Positions 9,809-20,744 of a DNA stretch of 36,498 bases are shown here, piece by piece (the stretch's first letter is position 1; every line of letters begins with the position of its first letter). Under the pieces are notes generated by a model that worked only from the letters and a program-made list of their open reading frames with translations, was not told the DNA's origin and did no database searches. The DNA comes from an uncultured bacterium (GTDB lineage: Bacteria > Patescibacteriota > Minisyncoccia > Moranbacterales > UBA1568): assembly GCA_937864125.1 (NCBI GenBank), contig CALMHZ010000001.1, positions 1-36,498 of the forward strand, in the 5' to 3' direction. A program made the position numbers and the translations under genes.

Positions 9809-10495
9809 GTGTGGAACAAAAGTAAAGAAAAAGCAGTAAAGTGGTGTACCGCGCTCATCCTCGCATTTCTCGCATTTCCCGCGGCTGCGGTCACAACTCA
9901 GCTTATCGATGGGTTTGAAGGAGGAATGCTGGGATCATGGTGGACGGTCCGCAATGGCGTCGTTCCGGATGATGTGGATGTGTATAACGCTATTTCCGCA
10001 AGGTATAATGGGGGTGCGGGTCCGCAGCTCTACTATCCGCCAGAGGGGAGCTGGATGGTGGTCGTCGAATCGGGCGATCCGGCGACGACGATTGAGACCA
10101 GCTTCAACGCGGCAAACGGAGCAACACTTCAATTTTCGTGGTTTTTTCACACGATAGTTGATTCCCATGAGGGGTATAATGATTCCGCAGGAATAGTGCT
10201 GAATGGCACAAGCATGGTGCTTATAACCTCTGCGACGACGGGGCAGGGCGTTGGGGGAGAAAATACCGGTTGGCAAGAGTTTTCGCTGCCGCTCTCTCCT
10301 GGGCAAGTGAGTCTCGGTCTGTGGGTGAAAAATGATGCAGCTTTCCCTACATATGATTCCCAGTTTGCGATCGATAATATCCGTGTAACCTACGCGGTAC
10401 CCGAAGCGTCGACCTGGGCGATGATGCTCTCGGGTCTTGGGTTGATCGGATATGCTGTGGGAAGGCAGAGGAAGGCCCCGGTGCCGATTCGATAA
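9809..10495 (+). CDS. Secreted protein with a PEP-CTERM (PEPxxWA-type) sorting signal
   Basis: N-terminal signal peptide (..FPAAA|V), beta-rich aromatic body ending FAIDNIRV, C-terminal VPEASTWAMMLSGLGLIGYAVGRQRK (motif + TM helix + basic tail). Confidence 0.88.
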   Translation: MWNKSKEKAVKWCTALILAFLAFPAAAVTTQLIDGFEGGMLGSWWTVRNGVVPDDVDVYNAISARYNGGAGPQLYYPPEGSWMVVVESGDPATTIETSFNAANGATLQFSWFFHTIVDSHEGYNDSAGIVLNGTSMVLITSATTGQGVGGENTGWQEFSLPLSPGQVSLGLWVKNDAAFPTYDSQFAIDNIRVTYAVPEASTWAMMLSGLGLIGYAVGRQRKAPVPIR

Positions 10496-10522
10496 TCGGA
10501 AAGCTCGCGGAATCTGTCGTGA

Positions 10523-12697
<2,175 letters not shown>

Positions 12698-12747
12698 GCC
12701 GTAGGCGCTCCGTATCTGGGTGAAATTGATTTTTTGATCGTACGAGT

Positions 12748-13035
12748 ATGTTGAGCAAAGAGGAAGTCGAACACATAGCCGTCTTGGCGCGCATCGGTCT
12801 TTCCGACGACGAGGTCGCGCGCTACCAGAAAGACCTTTCGCAGGTACTGGATTTTTTCAAGGAATTGGAAGCCTTCGACATGCCTCCCGAAGAAACGAGT
12901 GAAAGCGTTCCGCGAAAGAAGAATGATACCCGGGAAGATCGCGTGGAAAATTTTCCATCACATGGGAGAAAGATTATAATGGATAATATGCCCGAGAGGA
13001 AAGAGGGATATGTAAAGGTGCGTTCGGTATTTTGA
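12748..13035 (+). CDS. gatC: Asp/Glu-tRNA amidotransferase subunit C
   Basis: EEVEHIAVLARI...REDRV...YVKVRSV; directly upstream of gatA. Confidence 0.93.
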   Translation: MLSKEEVEHIAVLARIGLSDDEVARYQKDLSQVLDFFKELEAFDMPPEETSESVPRKKNDTREDRVENFPSHGRKIIMDNMPERKEGYVKVRSVF

Positions 13036-13128
13036 AGCCCACGCGCCAGGAGCGGGTCTTTTTTGTCACAGGTCTTCCGAAGCTATGCGCTGCCGCCCTT
13101 ACTTTTTTGATTCCTTGAGTATTTTTTT

Positions 13129-14574
13129 ATGATTCGAGCGTTGCATGAACAGCTGAAAGCTCAAGAGATAACCGCCCTTTCCCTCGCGGAGAAGCACCTT
13201 GGGGTTATCGATGAAAAAGATTCCGAAATAGGAGCCTTTCTTACCGTTACTGCCGAAGAGGCCCTTTCGAGCGCCGCTCGCGTCGATGAGAAGATCGCGC
13301 GAGGCGAGGCTATCGATCTGCTTGAAGGTATTCCCGGAGCCATAAAGGACAATATGTGCGCCGAAGGAATCCGTACCACGGCCGCGTCCAAAATGCTCGA
13401 TAGCTATATCGCGCCCTTTGACGCGACCGTCGTGTCGAACCTCAAGCAATCAGGCGCTACGATACTCGGAAAAACCAATATGGATGAGTTCGCGATGGGA
13501 TCATCCACGGAATCGAGCGCCTACGGGAAGACGAAAAATCCGATCGATCCTACGCGCGTCCCCGGCGGGTCATCCGGAGGATCGGCCGCGGCGGTCGCAA
13601 GCGGCGAAGCCGTGTTCGCGCTCGGGAGCGATACGGGCGGATCGATCCGCCAGCCGGCATCTTTCTGCGGCATCGTCGGGCTCAAGCCGACTTATGGCAG
13701 GGTGTCCCGTTCGGGACTCATCGCCATGGCATCTTCGCTCGATCAGATCGGACCATTCGCGACTACCGTTGAGGACGCCGCGATCGTGTTTTCCCGGATC
13801 GCCGGATATGATCCGAAAGATGTGACTACGACGCAAAGCAACGACAAGCGCTTCGAGAATTATCTGTCGGGTGACATGAGCGGCCTCCGGATCGGGATAC
13901 CGAAAGAATATTTTTCTGAAAACCTCGATAAGCGGGTGCTTTCCGTGATGGAAAAGGCTATCGAGCGGCTGGAGTCGCTCGGGGCGATACTTGTGGATAT
14001 TTCCTTGCCGTATACGGAGTACGCGCTTCCGGCATACTATATCATCATGCCGTCTGAGGTGAGCTCGAATCTCGCGCGGTTCGACGGCATACGGTACGGA
14101 CTTCATGTCGATGACCGAAAGGAGCGTATGGACGGCAATGGGACGCTGCTTGAAACGTATCTCGACAGCCGCGCCTACGGGTTCGGCGAAGAGGTGAAAC
14201 GCCGTATTATGCTCGGAACCTACGCGCTGTCCGCTGGATATTATGACGCGTATTACAAGAAGGCCCAGGCGGTGAGGGAGTTGATCCGCCAGGATTTCTC
14301 CGAGGCGTTCAAAAAAGTCGATGTGATTTTTTCACCGACCGCCCCCGAACCCGCGTTTCCTTTCGGGGACAAGACGCAGGATCTCTTGAAGATGTATCTT
14401 TCCGATATCTATACCGTCACCGCGAACCTGGCCGGGATTCCCGCTATCTCGTTTCCGATCGGGACGGTGCTCGAGAAGGGAACTTCTCTCCCCGTTGGGG
14501 GGCAGCTTATGGGAAAGTGGTTCGATGAGGAGACGGTGCTGCGCGCCGCTCATGCGTATGAGACGGATAAGTGA
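13129..14574 (+). CDS. gatA: Asp/Glu-tRNA amidotransferase subunit A
   Basis: Amidase signature [59 protein letters not shown]. Confidence 0.98.
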   Translation: MIRALHEQLKAQEITALSLAEKHLGVIDEKDSEIGAFLTVTAEEALSSAARVDEKIARGEAIDLLEGIPGAIKDNMCAEGIRTTAASKMLDSYIAPFDATVVSNLKQSGATILGKTNMDEFAMGSSTESSAYGKTKNPIDPTRVPGGSSGGSAAAVASGEAVFALGSDTGGSIRQPASFCGIVGLKPTYGRVSRSGLIAMASSLDQIGPFATTVEDAAIVFSRIAGYDPKDVTTTQSNDKRFENYLSGDMSGLRIGIPKEYFSENLDKRVLSVMEKAIERLESLGAILVDISLPYTEYALPAYYIIMPSEVSSNLARFDGIRYGLHVDDRKERMDGNGTLLETYLDSRAYGFGEEVKRRIMLGTYALSAGYYDAYYKKAQAVRELIRQDFSEAFKKVDVIFSPTAPEPAFPFGDKTQDLLKMYLSDIYTVTANLAGIPAISFPIGTVLEKGTSLPVGGQLMGKWFDEETVLRAAHAYETDK

Positions 14575-14617
14575 TTTCCTTTCGCGCCGACTATCTGGAA
14601 GCGGAGGAGAGACCGAA

Positions 14618-14646
14618 TTGACATGAAGATTGATATGTGATATAAG
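14618..14646 (+). promoter_or_regulatory. Strong sigma70-type promoter for an unannotated ~240-nt transcript
   Basis: TTGACA (14618-14623), 17 bp spacer, TATAAG (14641-14646) preceded by TGA. Confidence 0.65.
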
Positions 14647-14869
14647 AAAGCGTGTTCTTTTAATGAAGGAGAGTATCGTGAAGATCCGTGGAAAATTAGC
14701 TCGTCTTCGTGGAAAATTCCGTCCAAAAATAATGCGACCTCTAAAGAATTCCAGAGGGCGCTTCCGCTGCTCTATGCGCAGCTTCGCGGCGGTGCTTTTC
14801 CGTTATTGGGATCGGAAGCAGAGTTCGTGATGATCCTCAAATACAGCCAGATCCGATGAAAATTCTTTG

Positions 14870-14899
14870 ACCGCAACCACTTGCGGTTTTTTGTTTTTT
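14870..14899 (+). terminator. Rho-independent terminator
   Basis: ACCGCAA-CCAC-TTGCGGT hairpin followed by TTTTTGTTTTTT. Confidence 0.75.
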
Positions 14900-14915
14900 A
14901 GAGGAAAGTAGGGAT

Positions 14916-15446
14916 ATGAATATACCCGTGTGGAAGCCGCTTTATTTTTTCGGAAAACTTCTCGGCCTATCGGTCGCCTGGGAGGTATCGATCGGCGCCG
15001 CGGTGTTCCGCGTGGAAGATGGGCGTCGCCGGTATCTTATACTGCGCTATCCGAGCGGACATTATGATTTTCCAAAAGGGCATATGGAAGCCGGTGAAAC
15101 CGAGGAAGAGACCCTGTTCCGCGAAGTAGAGGAAGAGACCGGCATCAAGGAGCTTTCCATCCTTCCGGTGCGTGAAAGTATCCGATATTTTTATACGGCG
15201 AAGGGAAGCGAGCGGGCGCGGCGCAGACGGGAAGGCCGCCCCTTGCATATTTTCAAACAAGTCCATTTCTATCCCGCGGAAACTCCCGCGTCCTTTGTGC
15301 GGATTTCTCATGAGCATACCGGGTTCGAGTGGCTTCCCTACGAAGAAGCCTTGTCCAAGCTTACCTTTGACAACGCGAGGCGAGTATTGAAGAAGAGCGA
15401 GGAGTATATCGGTCGAAAAGAAAAAGAAATTCTCTCTGCTCCGTAG
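14916..15446 (+). CDS. NUDIX hydrolase (asymmetric Ap4A hydrolase-like)
   Basis: Nudix box PKGHMEAGETEEETLFREVEEETG and ISHEHTGFEWL, typical of the Ap4A hydrolase subfamily. Confidence 0.9.
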   Translation: MNIPVWKPLYFFGKLLGLSVAWEVSIGAAVFRVEDGRRRYLILRYPSGHYDFPKGHMEAGETEEETLFREVEEETGIKELSILPVRESIRYFYTAKGSERARRRREGRPLHIFKQVHFYPAETPASFVRISHEHTGFEWLPYEEALSKLTFDNARRVLKKSEEYIGRKEKEILSAP

Positions 15447-15612
15447 TAATAATGATGGTGCGGGATGCCTCCTGCGCGTATGAATGCTTTCCTCTTGCGG
15501 AAGAGGGTTTCGGAAAGATCCGGCACGGCTTGGTCGCGGCTATAAAGAAAAAAACTTCGGCGCGACGGGGAGGAATTCTGGAGAAAGAACTCTTTCGGAA
15601 AGGAAAGATGCT

Positions 15613-15641
15613 TTGCAATTTGTTTCCATTGCTGATATAAA
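15613..15641 (+). promoter_or_regulatory. Probable promoter for the ABC-F gene
   Basis: TTGCAA (15613-15618), 17 bp spacer, TATAAA (15636-15641) with TGA extension. Confidence 0.55.
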
Positions 15642-15666
15642 GGCATTTCATAGAGAGTACCAGCAT

Positions 15667-17361
15667 ATGATCACTGTCCGAAACATTTTCAAGCGATATG
15701 GCCCCCTCAAGGTGCTTTTGGGTGTAAGTTTTTCGATGTCTCGGGGCCAAAAGGTCGCCCTCGTTGGTCCCAACGGTGTGGGGAAATCGACGCTCCTTCG
15801 TATTCTTGCCGGGGTAGAAGCGGAGGATCGAGGAAAAATAGAGCGGATCAATGGATTGCGTGTCGCTTTCCTCGAACAGGAGATCACAGCGGAGTCGCCT
15901 TCGGAAACGGTTCTGGCCGCGCTCCGAAGAATTTCCGGCGTGGCAGCGGTCGAGGAGAAGCTTGCGAAACTCGAGGAGAAGCTGGATACGGAAGAAACCC
16001 TTGCGGCGTATGGAGAGCTTCGGGATATGCATGAGCGGATGGGCGGCTTCTCATTTCCTCGAAAGGCGAGAATGGCCCTCGATGGGCTCGGCTTGCACCG
16101 GGTCGAACTCGGAAAAATGATGGCTGAGATTAGCGGAGGCGAACGGCGTCGGGTCGCGCTCTCGGCCATCTTGCTCGGAGAATCGGATCTCTTGCTCCTC
16201 GATGAACCGACGAATGATCTGGATCTCCCATCAATACTTTGGCTCGAGAATTTTTTGAGGGAAACGAGATCGGCTGTCATAGTCGCGTCGCACGATCGCG
16301 CGTTTCTCGATGCCGTGGTGGGGAAAGTGCTCGAGATAGACTGGCATTTCCGCATGGGGAAAATGTGGACGGGGAATTATACGACTTATTTTCGTGAAAA
16401 GTCAGAAATGCTTCGCAGGGAGCGCGAAGAGCATACCCGAACGGAGGAGGAACGGGCTCGTCTCAAGGAAACGGCGCTTGAAAAGAAAGAATGGGCGCGC
16501 ATCGGCGGCGAACAAGTGATGCCGGATCGAGACAAGATGTCCCAGGGGTATCATCGTGACCGGGCGGAACGGAAGTTCGGAGCGGCAGCGAAGGCTCTCG
16601 AACAAAGGGCGGACCAGGTGAAGCGTATCCATCCGCACGCCGAGCGTGATCCGTTGGAAATATATTTCGAACCGACGCAGGGCGGGGATGCTTCGATTTC
16701 GCTTGGAGGCGTGGTCATCGGGCGTGGCGACTTCCGTCTGGGGCCGATGGATATGAATATGCCGTACGGATCCCGCGTCGGTATTTTTGGCCAGAATGGT
16801 ACCGGAAAATCAACACTGCTTGAAACTATGGAAGGGAAGCTGGAATGCGTCAAAGGAGGCGTCACGCGAGGAGATGCGGTAAAGCTCGGCGTCCTTTCTC
16901 AGATGAACGGTGCGATCCCACTTAAAAAGACCGCCGTAGAGTGGATCACGCAGTCGACGGATATCAAAGGCGAGGCCGACGCCATCAGGTTCTTGGTCCG
17001 CTTTTTACTCGATGCTCCCGCTGTCGAGGCGCCCTTGGAAAAGCTGTCTCCCGGCGAGCGCATGCGCATAGCCTTCGCCTTTCTCATGGCGTCGAAGGTC
17101 AATGTGCTTGTCTTGGATGAGCCGACGAACCACCTCGATCTCGAGGCGGTGACGGCGCTTGAGAGCGCGATCCATCTTTATAAGGGGACGCTTATCCTCG
17201 TCTCGCATGACCGGGCGTTTCTTTCGAACATCCAGTTTTCGCAGGTATGGTCCCTCTCGGATGGCGCGATTTTCCGTGAAACGGACTATGCGAGCTATCT
17301 CGAGCGCGCCTTGGTCGAAGCCGAGCGGGAGAAGCGGGCGATGCGGCGGGTGTCATTTTGA
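15667..17361 (+). CDS. ABC-F family ribosome-associated ATPase
   Basis: Two NBDs (GPNGVGKST, ISGGE, LLLDEPTNDLD, SHDR; GQNGTGKST, LSPGE, LDEPTNHLD, SHDR), no TM segments, helical linker after GNYTTY. ATG 15667 is preferred over the track start 15484. Confidence 0.93.
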   Translation: MITVRNIFKRYGPLKVLLGVSFSMSRGQKVALVGPNGVGKSTLLRILAGVEAEDRGKIERINGLRVAFLEQEITAESPSETVLAALRRISGVAAVEEKLAKLEEKLDTEETLAAYGELRDMHERMGGFSFPRKARMALDGLGLHRVELGKMMAEISGGERRRVALSAILLGESDLLLLDEPTNDLDLPSILWLENFLRETRSAVIVASHDRAFLDAVVGKVLEIDWHFRMGKMWTGNYTTYFREKSEMLRREREEHTRTEEERARLKETALEKKEWARIGGEQVMPDRDKMSQGYHRDRAERKFGAAAKALEQRADQVKRIHPHAERDPLEIYFEPTQGGDASISLGGVVIGRGDFRLGPMDMNMPYGSRVGIFGQNGTGKSTLLETMEGKLECVKGGVTRGDAVKLGVLSQMNGAIPLKKTAVEWITQSTDIKGEADAIRFLVRFLLDAPAVEAPLEKLSPGERMRIAFAFLMASKVNVLVLDEPTNHLDLEAVTALESAIHLYKGTLILVSHDRAFLSNIQFSQVWSLSDGAIFRETDYASYLERALVEAEREKRAMRRVSF

Positions 17362-17388
17362 ACAATGGTTTCCCCCGGAGTCGACGCA

Positions 17389-17437
17389 TAAAAAAACAGG
17401 GAGGCTCGCAAGAGCTCCCTGTCGCATCGTTTTTTCT
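17389..17437. terminator. Probable bidirectional terminator
   Basis: ACAGGGAG-GCTCGCAAGAG-CTCCCTGT stem (17396-17422). The A-run on its left gives a U-tail on the minus strand, and a T-run follows shortly on the right. Confidence 0.75.
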
Positions 17438-17449
17438 TTGGGCAACTTT

Positions 17450-17611
17450 TCAGTAGAGAGGTTTTCTGCGTGGCGGGTGTTGCGAATGGGTATGATTTTG
17501 AGTCGGTGGAGACGGATGTTTCCGTGTCAATTCGTTTGTTTCTTGAGAATTTTCACTTGAAGATGGCTGAGGGGTTTTCTCCGTTGGCTTTGCGTGGCGG
17601 GTCGATGGCAT
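17450..17611 (-). CDS. Small hypothetical disordered protein (53 aa)
   Basis: MPSTRHAKPTEKTPQPSSSENSQETNELTRKHPSPPTQNHTHSQHPPRRKPLY*. GGAG SD at 17620-17623, own promoter upstream and terminator downstream. Below the ORF-track size cut-off. Confidence 0.55.
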   Translation of the reverse strand: MPSTRHAKPTEKTPQPSSSENSQETNELTRKHPSPPTQNHTHSQHPPRRKPLY

Positions 17612-17673
17612 GGTATTTTCTCCGTTTGTGAAAAAACAAAATACTTCTCATCCCGAAAAATGGGAATTTGATT

Positions 17674-17747
17674 ATTCTACCAAAGAAATGCCGCGCCGTC
17701 AACAGTCGAGGCTGCCCTTGATTTAGCCCGCGCTTTCCTTGTATACT
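17674..17747. promoter_or_regulatory. Back-to-back divergent promoters (small ORF on -, secD on +)
   Basis: Minus strand: TTGACG (17702-17697), 17 bp spacer, TAGAAT (17679-17674) with TGG extension. Plus strand: TTGATT (17718-17723), 18 bp spacer, TATACT (17742-17747). Confidence 0.65.
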
Positions 17748-17754
17748 GCTTTCC

Positions 17755-19458
17755 ATGAGACTTCAGAATAAAATCCGCATGCAGTTCGCGTGGGTCCTCG
17801 CCCTCGCGCTTTTTTCTGGGATCGTAGCGTATCCGCATGTACTGTCGTTTATTCCCAAATTCTCCCTTGCTCCCGCGATAGAAGACAGATTGGCCATCAA
17901 TCTGGGTCTTGATCTTCAAGGGGGCATCCATCTTGAGTATTTGGCCGATGTGTCGCAGGTTCCGGAGGACAAAAAGGCCGATGCGCTCGACGCGGCGCTT
18001 GCCGTCATCGAGCGGAGAGTCAACGCCTTCGGAGTCGGGGAGCCGGTCATCCAGTCTTCGAAGTCGGGCGCCGAGGATCGTATCATCGTCGAGCTTCCCG
18101 GAGTGAAGGATGTCGAGGAGGCGAAGAGGATGCTCAAGGAAACCCCGTTTCTCGAATTCCGCGAGTCCCAGGACGAAGAGCTCGAGAGGCAGTTCGATGA
18201 GCGCAATGCCATCGAGAAAAAAAACGCGGAAGATGTCCTCGGGCGGGCCAAGAGGGGTGAGGATTTTTCCGCCCTCGCGAAAGAGTTCAGTCAGGACCCC
18301 GGATCGAAAGAGTCAGGCGGAGATCTTGATTTCGTGGGCAAAGGAGTGTTCGTGCCTCAGTTCGACGAGGTGATCTTCCGCGAGGATTTCAAGCCGGGAA
18401 GCGTCTATCCGGAGCTTGTAGAATCGCCTTTCGGGTGGCATATCATCAAAAAGCTGGAAGAGCGCGGAGAGGGAGAGGGGAAGGAGGTCCGCGTGGCCCA
18501 CATCCTGTTTTCCAAGCAGTCACTTGATATGATTCCGGATTCGGTCCGCTTCAAGCCGACGGGTCTTTCGGGGAAAAATCTCAAGGATGCCTTTATCGAC
18601 TATCAGGGGCAGGGGCTCGGGTCGCCGCAGGTCGGGCTCCAGTTCGATAGCGAGGGAGCCGCGCTTTTCGCGGATATAACCAAGCGCAATATCGATAAGC
18701 CGATTGCCATATTCCTTGATGATGAGATTATCAGCGCTCCGACCGTACAGACCGAAATCACCGACGGTCGTGCGGTTATAACCGGGAGCTTCACCCTCGA
18801 GGAAGTGAAATCGCTGGTGGGCCGTCTCAACGAAGGTGCGCTTCCTGTGCCGATCACGCTCGTCGGCCAGCAATCGATAGACGCGTCTCTTGGGAAAGAA
18901 GCGCTGCAAAAGAGCATTTTTGCCGGAATCATGGGACTCCTCGCGGTGTCTTTGTATATGGTGCTTTACTATCGGTTCTTGGGTTTTGGTGCGGTGTTCG
19001 CGCTCCTTATCTATTCGGCCATGCTCCTCTCTTTGTTCCGGCTTTCCGGCCTCACGCCTTTTCCTATCACGCTTACGCTCTCGGGTATCGCGGGATTCGT
19101 GCTTTCGATCGGTATCGCCGTCGATGCGAATGTGCTTATTTTCGAGCGGACCCGCGAAGAACTCGCCTATGGGAAGTCAGTCCACAAATCGCTGCAGGAG
19201 GGATTCAGGCGCGCGTGGCCGAGCATCCGCGACGGGCATGTCTCTACGCTTATCACGACCTTCATCCTTATCCTCATGGGAACGGGGTTCGTGAAGGGGT
19301 TTGCGGTGATCCTAGCGCTCGGGGTTCTCCTCTCGCTTTTCACCGCGGTCGTGCTCGTACGGGTATGGCTTCGCTTCGTCGTCTCGGACTGGGCGGAAAA
19401 ACGGCCGTGGCTCCTCGTCGCGCCGAAGAAACTCCTGGAGGAAGATGAAACGAAATAA
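17755..19458 (+). CDS. secD: Protein translocase subunit SecD with an inserted parvulin-type PPIase domain
   Basis: LGLDLQGG, RRVNAFGVGEPVI, LNEGALPVP, GIAVDANVLIFER and GFVKGFA. The insert carries GEDFSALAKEFSQDPGS..GGDL..SPFGWHII. Confidence 0.95.
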   Translation: MRLQNKIRMQFAWVLALALFSGIVAYPHVLSFIPKFSLAPAIEDRLAINLGLDLQGGIHLEYLADVSQVPEDKKADALDAALAVIERRVNAFGVGEPVIQSSKSGAEDRIIVELPGVKDVEEAKRMLKETPFLEFRESQDEELERQFDERNAIEKKNAEDVLGRAKRGEDFSALAKEFSQDPGSKESGGDLDFVGKGVFVPQFDEVIFREDFKPGSVYPELVESPFGWHIIKKLEERGEGEGKEVRVAHILFSKQSLDMIPDSVRFKPTGLSGKNLKDAFIDYQGQGLGSPQVGLQFDSEGAALFADITKRNIDKPIAIFLDDEIISAPTVQTEITDGRAVITGSFTLEEVKSLVGRLNEGALPVPITLVGQQSIDASLGKEALQKSIFAGIMGLLAVSLYMVLYYRFLGFGAVFALLIYSAMLLSLFRLSGLTPFPITLTLSGIAGFVLSIGIAVDANVLIFERTREELAYGKSVHKSLQEGFRRAWPSIRDGHVSTLITTFILILMGTGFVKGFAVILALGVLLSLFTAVVLVRVWLRFVVSDWAEKRPWLLVAPKKLLEEDETK

Positions 19459-19461
19459 TAT

Positions 19462-20361
19462 ATGCGACAGATCATCCAACAAAGAAAGTTCACCTACATG
19501 CTCTCAGGAGCGCTCCTCCTTTTGTCGGTGCTCGCCATCTCGATATGGGGACTTCGCCTGGGACTTGATTTCAAAGGAGGAACCCTCCTTGAAGTCCGTT
19601 TTTCGAAAGATGCCGCCCCCGACGCGAGGGAGGTTCAGTCATTGCTCGAACCCTTGGGGCTTCAGAGTTTGTCGGTGCAAGGAACGGAAGGAAACGGGTC
19701 CATCATCCGTTACCTCAACTCCGATGAAACGACGAATAACCGGGTCATGGAACAGCTTGAAAAAAGGGACGCGGGATTGACGCTTCTTCGGACGGATTTT
19801 ATCGGCGCCTCGGTGTCGGAACAGATGAAATCGAGCGCCTTTTGGGGAATACTTTTTTCCATATTGGGCATCGCAGGCTACATAGCGCTCGCGTTCCGCA
19901 AGGTGTCGCAGCCCATTTCTTCCTGGGACTACGGATGGGGAGCCGTGATCGCCCTCGCTCACGACATCGTCATCACGATCGGCGCGTTCGCCGTATTCGG
20001 CCATTTCCTCGATATCGAAGTCGGAATTCCGTTCGTCGCGGCCCTTCTTACCATTCTCGGATATTCGGTGAATGATAGCATCGTGGTCTATGATCGGATC
20101 CGCGAGAACCTGCTTCGCTCCCGTGCGAAAGCGGATTTCGAAACATTGGTGAACCGATCGGTGAATGAAACGATGTCACGGTCCATAAATACTTCCATGA
20201 CCGTCATGATCGTTCTCGCGGCGATAGCGATTTTCGGCGGGGAGAGCATCCGGTGGTTCGCGATCGCCCTTCTTATCGGGGTCGGTTTCGGGACCTATTC
20301 TTCCGTATTCGTCGCGTCCGCCCTTCTTGTCACCCGCTACGCCATGAAGCATAAGAAATAA
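19462..20361 (+). CDS. secF: Protein translocase subunit SecF
   Basis: LGLDFKGGT, ALAHD, GYSVNDSIVVYDRIRE, RSINTS and GTYSS. Confidence 0.97.
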   Translation: MRQIIQQRKFTYMLSGALLLLSVLAISIWGLRLGLDFKGGTLLEVRFSKDAAPDAREVQSLLEPLGLQSLSVQGTEGNGSIIRYLNSDETTNNRVMEQLEKRDAGLTLLRTDFIGASVSEQMKSSAFWGILFSILGIAGYIALAFRKVSQPISSWDYGWGAVIALAHDIVITIGAFAVFGHFLDIEVGIPFVAALLTILGYSVNDSIVVYDRIRENLLRSRAKADFETLVNRSVNETMSRSINTSMTVMIVLAAIAIFGGESIRWFAIALLIGVGFGTYSSVFVASALLVTRYAMKHKK

Positions 20362-20374
20362 TGATGATCAGAGT

Positions 20375-20689
20375 ATGAGCATGAAATGGAATCCTTTCGC
20401 GAAGAAAAAAGATGGAACGGCTTCGAAGCCATCCGTCGAGAGCGAGCTCGCCTCCCTTCCGGGCGCTCCGAAACTCGAGGACATGGGGATGATGGAACGC
20501 TTCGCGATGAAGCGATTCATGAAGATGAGCCCCGAAGAACAGAAGAAAATGGTCGAAAAAGCCATGACGCCGAAGAATATCGAGAAACACAAGGACGAGA
20601 TCGTCGCGTCCCTCGAGGAAATGAAAAAAAGCCGGATGATTTCCGATGATCAGTATCGTTTGATGAAACGGAAGTTCGGCATCAAATAA
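20375..20689 (+). CDS. Hypothetical protein (Lys/Glu/Met-rich, helical)
   Basis: Fills the secF-tyrS gap on the coding strand with protein-like composition; no family recognised. Confidence 0.75.
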   Translation: MSMKWNPFAKKKDGTASKPSVESELASLPGAPKLEDMGMMERFAMKRFMKMSPEEQKKMVEKAMTPKNIEKHKDEIVASLEEMKKSRMISDDQYRLMKRKFGIK

Positions 20690-20744
20690 CAGTCTCGCTA
20701 TCATCTCGACCAAGGTCGAGGAGCGCCACTATGCGAAAAGGATT

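Noticed and set aside
15452-15666. Leader peptide or N-terminal extension for the ABC-F gene
   Set aside because: A plausible promoter at 15613-15641 lies at the 3' end of these frames, and there is no SD or attenuator support.
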